Source of the DNA: Hydrurus foetidus
Lineage: Eukaryota
DNA length: 64,000 nt
Direction: 5' to 3'
NCBI GenBank assembly: GCA_900617105.1
Contig: UYFQ01000001.1
Location: 620,001 to 684,000 of the forward strand
Below are positions 1 through 8,703 of the stretch, piece by piece. Numbering within the stretch: the first letter of the stretch is position 1; every line of letters begins with the position of its first letter. The notes beneath the pieces were generated by a model, which was not told where the DNA came from, searched no databases, and saw only the letters and a program-made list of their open reading frames with translations. Position numbers and translations under genes: made by a program.

Positions 1-666
1 AACTCGGTGCTGCACAACCCCACGGGCACGGTGCTCAGCGCGGCGGTGGCGTACCAGCTGCTGCGTTTGGCGGAGGCGCACGACATGGTGATTGTGGAAG
101 ACGATATTTACTGCGATCTTTTACCGATCGGCCTGCCAGTTGCTCGTTTGGCCAGCTTAGACCAGCTCAAGCGGGTGATTTACATGAGCAGTTTTTCCAA
201 AATGCTGGTACCCAGTATCCGCGTGGGTTTTCTTGCGGCCAGTCCTGACGTGGCGGAAACCTTGGGCAACCAAAAACTCCTCACCTCGCTGGGCACGCCG
301 GAGATCAACGAGCGCATCGTTTACCGCGTGCTCACCGAAGGCAGCTACCGCAAGCACAGCCTGCGCGTGCAGCAGGCGCTGGACTGTCTGCGCGAGCCCA
401 TGTTCAAACGCATGGAAGCCCTGGGTTTGAAACCCTTTTGCCGCCCGCAAGCAGGGGCTTTGGGCTGGTTTGATACGGGAGTGGACACCAATATGCTGTG
501 CGCTCTGGCGCTGGAGGCGGGTTATCTGTTTGCCCCTGGCGCTTTGTTTTCGCCCTCGCAAACGCCCAATACTTGGCTTCGGATGAACGTCGCCACCAGC
601 CATGACCCGGCGATGCTGCAATGGCTGGCCCAAACGCTAGAGCAACTGCACCGGCTGCAAAACTGA
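1..666 (+). CDS. MocR/GabR-type (GntR-PLP aminotransferase-like) regulator, C-terminal part; 5' end outside window
   Basis: Frame is open from base 1. Motifs HNPTG, IVEDDIY, SSFSKML...RVGF and WLRMN match class I/II aminotransferase-like domains of MocR regulators. Confidence 0.8.
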   Translation, partial: NSVLHNPTGTVLSAAVAYQLLRLAEAHDMVIVEDDIYCDLLPIGLPVARLASLDQLKRVIYMSSFSKMLVPSIRVGFLAASPDVAETLGNQKLLTSLGTPEINERIVYRVLTEGSYRKHSLRVQQALDCLREPMFKRMEALGLKPFCRPQAGALGWFDTGVDTNMLCALALEAGYLFAPGALFSPSQTPNTWLRMNVATSHDPAMLQWLAQTLEQLHRLQN

Positions 667-678
667 AATTGCAAGGAA

Positions 679-704
679 ACGCGAGTTCGAATTTGAACTC
701 GCGT
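679..704 (+). terminator. Hairpin after the MocR gene (possible terminator, weak U-tract)
   Basis: ACGCGAGTTC-gaattt-GAACTCGCGT, a perfect 10-bp stem. Confidence 0.45.
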
Positions 705-742
705 GTTGACGCCGTGCATCGGTTGCGGTGCTGCTCGTGCCA

Positions 743-1003
743 GCGGTATCGGTGTTCGCGGGCTTTGGCATGGCCGACATTGAAGCCCCCTGCGTCAGCG
801 TGGTGGTAACGGCGACTGCTGCTGAATCAGACCAGATGACTCCGCGCCCCGTGCTGCTGCTTGACCACAGCGACAACTGCATGTCCGGTGGCACCTGCGA
901 CACGATGGACGTGCTGCAAGCCGCACTGGCGCTGGGTGTGACGAGTTCAGACTATGGGTTGTTCCCATTTACCCAAGTGAAGCGGCCGGTTTACCCGTTG
1001 GAC
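743..1003 (+). pseudogene. Remnant of an M81/MlrC-family metallopeptidase with internal deletions
   Basis: Three MlrC-like blocks fused in frame: AVSVFAGFGMADIEAPCVSVVVT, PVLLLDHSDNCMSGGTCDTMDVL and the C-terminal VTSSDYGLFPFTQVKRPVYPLD. Confidence 0.7.
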
Positions 1004-2610
1004 AGCACCGAGTTCATGCTATTGGGTAAGGTTTCCGAATAGTACTGAAACTGGCCGCGCCCCATTTGCTTGGCTTCGTACATGGCGAAGTCGGCGTGCC
1101 GCACCAAATCTGCGGCTTCGATGGCATCTGAGGGGTACAGCGAGATACCGATGCTGACGGAAATTGACAGCAACTTGTCGTCTAGCGTAAATGGCAGCGC
1201 GAGCTTGTTGAGCATGGTTTGCGCCACTTTGCCTGCGTCATGGGGGTCTTGCAGGTCGCTCAAAATCACGGTGAATTCATCTCCTCCCAGACGCGCTACC
1301 GTGTCCACCTTGCGAACGCAAGATTGCATGCGTGCAGCCACTTCTTTGAGCAAAGCGTCTCCTACATCGTGGCCCAGGTTGTCGTTTACCGCTTTGAAAT
1401 GGTCTACATCGACAAACAACACCGCCAGTTTGAGGTCGCCGCGTATCGCTTGCTGCAGATTGCGCTCTAAGCGGTCGTTGAACATGGTGCGATTGGGCAG
1501 CGTGGTCAAGCTGTCAAAATACGACATCTTGAGGTAATGCTGCTCTGAATGTCGGATCGAGCGAAACCGCAGACTGAGCACCAAGGTCAGCACCCCCAAC
1601 AGCAAGCTTGTGGCGACACCTGCCAGCAGCAGCAGGGACGAGGTGTTGCCTCTGTCGCCAAAGCTGGGCAGCGTGGTCATCACCAGTGTCCAAGTGTGGT
1701 TGTAGAGCACCACGGTTGTGGTTGTTTGGAGAGCCCTTGGCGCTTGCTCGCTTGCCTCTTGTTGGTCATACATCAAGGCGGCAGGCAAGGCTTGTGCGCC
1801 GTCATAAATGCGTAGATTGATGTTATCTGCGGTTCGCCCCAGCAAGCTGTGCATCAGGTCATTGATTCGAAAGGGGCTGTTCACATAGCCGCGCAAGGCC
1901 ACCCGCCGTTGTTCCACGGTATCGGTGGGCAGACCCGGGTAGTACACGGGCAAGTACACCAAGAAACCAAAATGAGTGGGCCCTGGCTTGTTGCCATAAG
2001 GGTCAGGCTCAGCGGCCAGCTTCAAACGCCCTGTCATGGTCGGCTGACCCGTGTCGCGTGCCAGTGTTAATGCGGCTTGGCGGGTTGGCTCAGACAGCAT
2101 GTCAAAGCCTTGTGCAATCAGGTTGCGCGGGGTGCGGGGTTCCAAGTAGGTGACGGGTATGTAAGCCTCTCGCTCACCTTCGGGGCGGATGCTGTAGCCC
2201 GGCAGGCCTTGGGTACGGATACCTTGCAAAAAGGCGGCTTTATCGGTCTGTGGAACGTACTGGGAATAGCCAATACCGTGAACGCCAGGGAAGTTGGTTT
2301 CTACATTCAGCTGCGTCACATAGGAGGCCCATTGGGTGCGGGTAACGGTGTCCAGCATGCTCAGCAGGCTGACACCGCCGCGCAAAATTTGCTCATAAGC
2401 CACCATGCGGGTTTGGATGATGCTTTGGATTTCTTGGGCGCGTGCGTCAAGCTTGGTTTGGTTCAGTTTTTCGGTCTCAGACTGCGCATTCCGCCAGAGC
2501 AGGCCCGTTATGCTTAACCCCAGCACCAGTACCAGTAAGGCGAGCCAGAAGACTTTAATAATTTTGCGGGTAAGGCGACGGGCATGCCTGATAGAAATAA
2601 GCCGTTTCAT
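991..2610 (-). CDS. CHASE-domain membrane diguanylate cyclase
   Basis: Two TM segments flank a CHASE-like region (FPGVHGIGY, GFDMLSEPTR). RLGGDEF active site with RKVD I-site. Confidence 0.9.
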   Translation of the reverse strand: MKRLISIRHARRLTRKIIKVFWLALLVLVLGLSITGLLWRNAQSETEKLNQTKLDARAQEIQSIIQTRMVAYEQILRGGVSLLSMLDTVTRTQWASYVTQLNVETNFPGVHGIGYSQYVPQTDKAAFLQGIRTQGLPGYSIRPEGEREAYIPVTYLEPRTPRNLIAQGFDMLSEPTRQAALTLARDTGQPTMTGRLKLAAEPDPYGNKPGPTHFGFLVYLPVYYPGLPTDTVEQRRVALRGYVNSPFRINDLMHSLLGRTADNINLRIYDGAQALPAALMYDQQEASEQAPRALQTTTTVVLYNHTWTLVMTTLPSFGDRGNTSSLLLLAGVATSLLLGVLTLVLSLRFRSIRHSEQHYLKMSYFDSLTTLPNRTMFNDRLERNLQQAIRGDLKLAVLFVDVDHFKAVNDNLGHDVGDALLKEVAARMQSCVRKVDTVARLGGDEFTVILSDLQDPHDAGKVAQTMLNKLALPFTLDDKLLSISVSIGISLYPSDAIEAADLVRHADFAMYEAKQMGRGQFQYYSETLPNSMNSVLSNG

Positions 2611-2839
2611 GCGTAAGCCACGAGAGCCGATGCCAAGTTACCTGAAACAAAATTCACTGCGCTTAACCTCTCTGTTGAATTGCAGATTTGATGGGAGTCA
2701 TGCGATTGATTCCTTTTTAATATGTAACAAGTGTAATTTTTATCGGACTTCTAGAATGTGTTTAGGATAAATATCCCAGCGCAACATCAGGTCTTTCCAC
2801 TCTCTTTGGGCGTTCTTTTTCGATTTATCCTATATCACC

Positions 2840-3493
2840 ATGAAACTTTACAACTACTTCCGCTCCTCCGCCTCTTTTCGCGTGCGCATTGCGCTGGCGC
2901 TCAAGGGCATGGCCTATGACTACGTGCCAGTTCACATTGCCAAAGGTGACCATCAAAAAGAGGCCTATACCGGCATCTCTGCTGACCAGTTGGTGCCCCT
3001 GTTGGAGACCGATGACGGCACGCGCCTGTCGCAATCCATGGCCATCATTGAGTACCTGGACGATACCCAGCCTGAGCCTCGTTTGCTGCCTGAGGATGCG
3101 CTGGGCCGTGCCCGTGTACGGGCTTTGGCGCAGTCAATTGCCTGCGAAATCCACCCTTTGAACAACCTGCGGGTGCTAAAATACCTCACACGTGAGTTAA
3201 AGACCGAAGAAGACGCTAAAAATGCGTGGTACCGCCATTGGTGCCGCAATGGCTTGCTCGCTTTTGAGCGCCAATTGGCCGCGTTGCCTGCTGCTGACCC
3301 GGCAGCGCCGTTTTGTTACGGCAACACCCCTATGTTGGTGGACTGCTGCTTGGTGCCGCAAATCTTCAATGCCAAGCGGTTTGATACTGATTTGAGCGGA
3401 TTACCTCGCACGATGGCTGCGTATGACGCTTGTATGCAGCTCGATGCCTTTGCGCAATCCCAACCGTCCCGTTGCCCTGATTTTGAAGCGTGA
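2840..3493 (+). CDS. maiA: Maleylacetoacetate/maleylpyruvate isomerase (GST zeta class)
   Basis: YFRSSASFRVRIALALKG, LSQSMAIIEYL, CEIHPLNNLRVL. Confidence 0.92.
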   Translation: MKLYNYFRSSASFRVRIALALKGMAYDYVPVHIAKGDHQKEAYTGISADQLVPLLETDDGTRLSQSMAIIEYLDDTQPEPRLLPEDALGRARVRALAQSIACEIHPLNNLRVLKYLTRELKTEEDAKNAWYRHWCRNGLLAFERQLAALPAADPAAPFCYGNTPMLVDCCLVPQIFNAKRFDTDLSGLPRTMAAYDACMQLDAFAQSQPSRCPDFEA

Positions 3494-4320
3494 ACAGCCT
3501 AATGCCCTGGCTCACGCCTGTCTGGCCCGCACCCGCCAACGTGCGTGCGGTGTGCAGCACCCGTGAGGGGGGCTTTTCTACCGGGCCGTATGTCGGCTTG
3601 AATTTGGGCGACCATGTGGGCGATAACGTCCAGGCCGTCGCTCGCAACCGCCAACACTTTGCCCAAACCCTGGCAGCGCACCCCGTGTTTTTGAAGCAGG
3701 TGCATGGCTGGGATGTGGCGGAATTGGCGGCATCTACCCCCGATGGGCAAATCGCCGATGCTTGCGCCACGGTGGTATCGGGCGTGGCCTGCACGGTGAT
3801 GGTGGCCGACTGCTTGCCTGTGCTGTTTTGCAGCGCCGATGGCGCAATGGTCGCTGCCGCACACGCGGGGTGGCGGGGCTTGCTGGGGCAGGGCAGGTAC
3901 GGTGTGCTGGAGGCGACTGTTGAGCAATTTAAGCCTTCTCTGCATGCTGTATCAGCGTATTCAGCTATGAATAATGTAGTAAATAATGCGTCGAATGAGG
4001 TATCAGAGAACACCTTGCTGGCTTGGCTTGGCCCCTGCATTGGCCCGCAAGCGTTCGAGGTTGGTGCTGAGGTGCGCGAGGCTTTTTTGCACGATGATGC
4101 AGCCTGTGATGCGCTGTTCAAGCCGCAGGGGGGTGGCAAGTTTTTAGCCGATTTGGCCGGTTTAGCCCGCTTGCGGCTACAGCGCTTGGGTGTGACCCGT
4201 GTTTACGGCAATGACAGCAGCACCGCGTGGTGTACCGTCAGCAACCCCTCACAGTTCTTTTCGCACCGGCTTGATTTGGGGATCAGCGGCCGCTTCTGCG
4301 CCAGCATCTGGCGGGTTTGA
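3490..4320 (+). CDS. pgeF: PgeF/YfiH family protein (peptidoglycan editing factor, purine nucleoside phosphorylase)
   Basis: LNLGDHVGD, QVHG, VADCLPV, AHAGWRGL, LGPCIGPQAFEVG; GTGA coupling to maiA. Confidence 0.93.
   Translation: MNSLMPWLTPVWPAPANVRAVCSTREGGFSTGPYVGLNLGDHVGDNVQAVARNRQHFAQTLAAHPVFLKQVHGWDVAELAASTPDGQIADACATVVSGVACTVMVADCLPVLFCSADGAMVAAAHAGWRGLLGQGRYGVLEATVEQFKPSLHAVSAYSAMNNVVNNASNEVSENTLLAWLGPCIGPQAFEVGAEVREAFLHDDAACDALFKPQGGGKFLADLAGLARLRLQRLGVTRVYGNDSSTAWCTVSNPSQFFSHRLDLGISGRFCASIWRV
3927..3980 (+). repeat. Dispersed ~54-bp element, in-frame in pgeF
   Basis: Core GCTATGAATAATGTAGT at 3964-3980, with GC dinucleotides at -22 and -9. Confidence 0.7.
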
Positions 4321-4548
4321 CGGTGATTCAATGGGGGCATTTTGAGCCGCCCATTCCGCCGCTTCTCGCGCTTTGACGGCCCGGTTCCTAAGGGGCGACC
4401 CCATCAGGTAAACCACCAGTGACACGGGTGCTAAACCGTAAAGAACAAAGCTTATTATTCCTCCCATGACGGTTCCGGTGGTATTCGTCGCCTCAGCGAC
4501 GCCCATCATCATGGCCACATACAACCAGCCAATAGCGACGATATACAT
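4249..4548 (-). CDS. Small membrane protein (2 TM) divergent from phaC; its 3' end overlaps pgeF
   Basis: MYIVAIGWLYVAMMMGVAEA...GGIISFVLYGLAPVSLVVYLMG hydrophobic hairpin. Confidence 0.7.
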   Translation of the reverse strand: MYIVAIGWLYVAMMMGVAEATNTTGTVMGGIISFVLYGLAPVSLVVYLMGSPLRNRAVKAREAAEWAAQNAPIESPSNPPDAGAEAAADPQIKPVRKEL

Positions 4549-4637
4549 ATACGTGTTCTTACGTGTTGATGCGGTAAGACGCATCCAAGACAATGATGCG
4601 GCGCTACCGTGAATAGAGATAAACAGAGGAGACCATT

Positions 4638-6442
4638 ATGAATTCTCAAGCAGACTGGGCCAAAACCGCCCAACAACTCCAACAAAGCTTTGCCGACAGC
4701 TTAAGCAAAGTCACGCAATCGTTCCAGGCGATGGATCCTAACGATTTGCTGAAGGGCTTTTCTGCTACGGGCATGCAGATGCCTAGCGTACCCGGCATGA
4801 ACATGGGTGCTATGCCCCAGATGCCAGCCATGCTGCCCGGCATGCCCCCCAAGTTAACCATCGCCCCTGACAAACTCCAAGCCCTGCAAAAGCAGTACAT
4901 GGAAGAAGTTGCCAAGCTGATGAGCACCAGCGCCCAAGGCGACAAAAGCGCCGCCCCCGTCAAAGACAAGCGTTTCAAAGACGATGCGTGGGCCAGCAAC
5001 CCGGTAGCCGCCTTTTCTGCGGCCAGCTATTTGCTGAATTCACGCACGCTGATGGGTTTGGCCGAAGCCGTTGAGGGCGACGAAAAAACCAAAGGCCGTA
5101 TCCGCTTCGCCGTGGAGCAGTGGATGGCGGCCTCCGCCCCCAGCAACTTCTTGGCGATGAACGCTGAAGCCCTCAAAAAAGCTGTTGAGACCAAAGGTGA
5201 AAGCATTGCCAAGGGCATGCAAAACCTGCTGCACGATATGCGCCAGGGCCATGTGTCGATGACGGATGAGAGCGTGTTCGAGGTGGGTAAAAACGTCGCC
5301 ACCACCGAAGGCGCTGTGGTGTTTCAAAACGATTTCTTCCAACTCATCGAATACAAGCCACTCACGGCCAAAGTATTCGAGAAACCGTTCTTGCTGGTGC
5401 CGCCTTGCATCAACAAGTTTTATATCCTCGATTTGCAACCTGAGAATTCACTGATCCGCTACGCCGTGGCCCAAGGCCACCGCACCTTTGTGCTCAGCTG
5501 GCGCAACCCCGATGAGTCGATGGCTAACGTCACTTGGGATGATTACATCGAGCACGCAGCTATTAAAGCGATAGCTGTCACGCAAGAGATCACCGGTGCT
5601 AAGCAAATCAATGCCTTGGGTTTTTGCGTCGGTGGCACGATTTTGTCTACTGCCATTGCAGTGCTGGCGGCGCGCAAGCAAAAGCCCGTTGCGTCGGCCA
5701 CTTTGTTGACCACGTTCCTGGATTTTTCCGACACGGGCATTCTGGATTTGTTCATCGATGATGGCATGGTCAAGTACCGCGAGCAGCAGCTGGCCAAAGG
5801 CGGCATCCTCAAAGGCCAAGAGCTGGCATCCACCTTCAGCTTTTTGCGCCCCAACGATTTGGTGTGGAACTACGTGGTGGGCAATTACCTCAAGGGCGAA
5901 ACCCCACCACCGTTTGATTTGCTCTACTGGAACAGCGATTCCACCAATCTTGCCCGGCCCGATGGTACGCGTGGTACTTGCGTAACACCTACCTACGAGA
6001 ACAACCTGGTCAAGCCCGGTAAGCTCACCGTCTGCGGCGAGAAGCTGGACCTGCGCCTGGTGTCGATATGCCTGTCTACCTCTACGGCTCGCGTGAAGAC
6101 CACATCGTGCCCATCGGTGGTGCCTACGCCAGCACCCAGTGCTTGCCCGGCAAAAAGCGCTTTGTGATGGGCGCTTCAGGCCACATTGCGGGTGTGATCA
6201 ACGCACCCACCGCCAATAAACGCAGCCACTGGACGCGCGACGACGGCAAGTTCCCTGCCACTCAAGCCGAATGGCAGGCAGGTTCTACCGAACACGCTGG
6301 CAGCTGGTGGCCCGATTGGGCGGATTGGCTCAAAGGCCAAGCGGGCAAGCAAATTACCGCGCCTAAAGCCTACGGCAAAGGCGTTTACAAAGCCATAGAG
6401 CCTGCGCCTGGCAGCTACGTGAAAGTTAAAGCTAAGGCTTAA
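4638..6442 (+). CDS. phaC: Class I PHA synthase, frameshifted at ~5950-6065 (possible sequencing artefact)
   Basis: PPCINKFYILDL and the GFCVGG catalytic Cys lie in ORF 4638-6167. EDHIVP and SGHIAG lie in ORF 6068-6442. Confidence 0.93.
5559..5575. repeat. Core-only copy of the dispersed element inside phaC
   Basis: GCTATTAAAGCGATAGC (AIKAIA, uses a rare ATA codon); flanking GC spacing does not match the full element. Confidence 0.45.
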
Positions 6443-6502
6443 CCCTTGGTGCGATGCCCTGCATCTTGAAATAAAGCGCAGACAGCAGCATTTCATTCGG
6501 TA

Positions 6503-6562
6503 ATTTCAGTTCCAATTCTGATTCCATTCCGTATTCCGTTTCGTATTTCAATTTCAATTTCA
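6503..6562 (+). repeat. Degenerate hexamer tandem repeat (10 units, ATTTCA-like) upstream of phaA
   Basis: atttca gttcca attctg attcca ttccgt attccg tttcgt atttca atttca atttca. Confidence 0.8.
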
Positions 6563-6588
6563 ACCGCTACTTCAAAACAGGACTCATC

Positions 6589-7767
6589 ATGGAAGACATC
6601 GTCATCGTTTCAGCCGCCCGCACCGCCGTCGGCAAATTTGGCGGCTCGCTCGCCAAAATCGCCGCTACCGATTTGGGTGCGTTGGCGATCAAAGAAGTGT
6701 TGGCTCGCAGCAAGATTGACCCCGCACTGGTGGGTGAAGTCATCATGGGTCAAGTGCTGGCCGCAGGCGCGGGGCAAAACCCAGCCCGTCAAGCCGTCAT
6801 CAAATCGGGCCTGCCGCAAGCGGTTCCTGGCCTGACCATCAACGCCGTGTGCGGCTCTGGCCTCAAAGCCGTGATGTTGGCTGCCCAGGCTGTGGCCTAT
6901 GGTGACAGCGACATCGTGATCGCCGGTGGTCAAGAAAACATGAGTGCTTCGCCCCACGTCTTGCTGAACAGCCGTGACGGCCAGCGCATGGGTGACTGGA
7001 AGATGATCGACTCCATGATCGTTGACGGTCTGTGGGACGTGTATAACCAGTACCACATGGGCATCACCGCTGAAAACGTCGCCAAAGCCAACGGCATCAC
7101 CCGCGAAATGCAAGACGCGCTGGCCCTGGCTTCGCAAACCAAAGCCGCTGCGGCACAAGCTGCGGGCAAGTTTGCGGATGAAATTTTCACCGTTTCATTG
7201 GCCCAAAAGAAGGGTGACCCCATCCTCTTCAACACCGACGAATTTATCAACAAAAAAACCACAGCCGAAGTCCTCGCTGGCCTGCGCCCTGCGTTTGACA
7301 AAGCCGGTAGCGTGACCGCTGGCAATGCCTCTGGTATCAACGATGGCGCTGCCGCGGTGATGGTGATGACAGCCAAGAAAGCCGCCGCACTGGGCCTGAC
7401 ACCTCTGGCCCGTATCGCTGGTTTTGCCACCACCGGTCTCGACCCTGCAACGATGGGCATGGGCCCTGTGTCAGCTTCACGCAAAGCCCTGCAACGTGCT
7501 GGCTGGTCGGCTCAAGACGTGGATTTGTTCGAGTTGAACGAAGCTTTCGCAGCGCAAGCCTGCGCGGTGAACCAAGCGTTGGAAATTGACCCCTCCAAGG
7601 TCAACGTGAACGGTGGCGCGATTGCCATCGGCCACCCTATTGGTGCGTCCGGTTGCCGTATTTTGGTGACGTTGCTGCATGAGATGCAGCGCAGCAATGC
7701 CAAAAAAGGCCTGGCAGCCCTGTGTATCGGCGGTGGCATGGGGGTTTCCCTTGCGTTGGAACGTTAA
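6589..7767 (+). CDS. phaA: Acetyl-CoA acetyltransferase (beta-ketothiolase)
   Basis: NAVCGSG, NEAFA, GHPIGASG, LCIGGGMG; lies between phaC and phaB. Confidence 0.95.
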   Translation: MEDIVIVSAARTAVGKFGGSLAKIAATDLGALAIKEVLARSKIDPALVGEVIMGQVLAAGAGQNPARQAVIKSGLPQAVPGLTINAVCGSGLKAVMLAAQAVAYGDSDIVIAGGQENMSASPHVLLNSRDGQRMGDWKMIDSMIVDGLWDVYNQYHMGITAENVAKANGITREMQDALALASQTKAAAAQAAGKFADEIFTVSLAQKKGDPILFNTDEFINKKTTAEVLAGLRPAFDKAGSVTAGNASGINDGAAAVMVMTAKKAAALGLTPLARIAGFATTGLDPATMGMGPVSASRKALQRAGWSAQDVDLFELNEAFAAQACAVNQALEIDPSKVNVNGGAIAIGHPIGASGCRILVTLLHEMQRSNAKKGLAALCIGGGMGVSLALER

Positions 7768-7776
7768 TTTTCAGTC

Positions 7777-7830
7777 AAAATAGCGGCTTATGCCCATTAA
7801 ATGGGCGTAGTAAGCTATCAAATTTGTAGT
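7777..7830 (+). repeat. Dispersed ~54-bp element, intergenic phaA-phaB
   Basis: AAAATAGCGGCTTAT-GCCCA-ttaaa-TGGGC-GTAGTAA-GCTATCAAATTTGTAGT. Confidence 0.85.
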
Positions 7831-7867
7831 TCTGACCGTATTTTCATAACATTGACAGGAGCAATTC

Positions 7868-8605
7868 ATGAGTAAAAAAGTAGCTTACGTGACCGGTGGT
7901 ATGGGCGGCATCGGTACCGCCATTTGCCAGCGTTTGCACAAAGAAGGTTTCACCGTGATCGCCGGTTGCGGCCCCACCCGTGACCACGTCAAGTGGATCG
8001 CTGAGCAAGCTGCTCTGGGCTATACCTTCCATGCCTCCGTGGGCAATGTGGGTGCCTGGGATTCCACCGTAGAAGCCTTTGCCAAAACCAAGGCTGAGCA
8101 TGGCAGCATCGATGTTTTGGTGAACAACGCCGGTATCACCAAAGACCGCATGTTCCTGAAGATGACCCGCGAAGACTGGGATTCGGTGATCGAAACGAAC
8201 CTGAACAGCATGTTTAACGTCACCAAGCAAGTGGTGGGTGACATGGTTGAAAAAGGCTGGGGCCGCATCATCAATATCTCGTCAGTCAACGGCGAAAAAG
8301 GCCAAGCCGGTCAAACCAACTACTCGGCTGCCAAAGCTGGTATGCACGGTTTCACCATGGCCTTGGCGCAAGAGATGGCCAGCAAAGGCGTGACGGTCAA
8401 CACCGTCAGCCCTGGCTACATTGGCACCGATATGGTGAAAGCCATTCGCCAAGACGTGCAAGACAAAATCGTGGCGACGATTCCTGTCAAGCGCTTTGGT
8501 GAGCCCAGCGAGATTGCCTCCATCATCGCGTGGTTGGCATCCAATGACGGCGGCTACTCCACCGGCGCTGATTTTTCCGTGAATGGCGGCCTGCATATGG
8601 GCTAA
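7868..8605 (+). CDS. phaB: Acetoacetyl-CoA reductase
   Basis: TGGMGGIG, NNAGIT, GQTNYSAAKAG, NGGLHMG. Confidence 0.96.
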   Translation: MSKKVAYVTGGMGGIGTAICQRLHKEGFTVIAGCGPTRDHVKWIAEQAALGYTFHASVGNVGAWDSTVEAFAKTKAEHGSIDVLVNNAGITKDRMFLKMTREDWDSVIETNLNSMFNVTKQVVGDMVEKGWGRIINISSVNGEKGQAGQTNYSAAKAGMHGFTMALAQEMASKGVTVNTVSPGYIGTDMVKAIRQDVQDKIVATIPVKRFGEPSEIASIIAWLASNDGGYSTGADFSVNGGLHMG

Positions 8606-8623
8606 GATGGGGTAAATCCCGTT

Positions 8624-8655
8624 ACAAAAAACCCCGCTTAGGCGGGTTTTTTTGT
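8624..8655 (+). terminator. Rho-independent terminator after phaB
   Basis: ACAAAAAAC-CCCGC-ttag-GCGGG-TTTTTTTGT. Confidence 0.9.
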
Positions 8656-8703
8656 TTTAATTTCGTTGTCAATTTTTGCTTATTTCCACTCACTGAATTC
8701 ACC

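Noticed and set aside
4780..4850. Met/Pro-rich segment in the PhaC N-terminus
   Set aside because: Class I PhaC N-termini are variable and often low-complexity.
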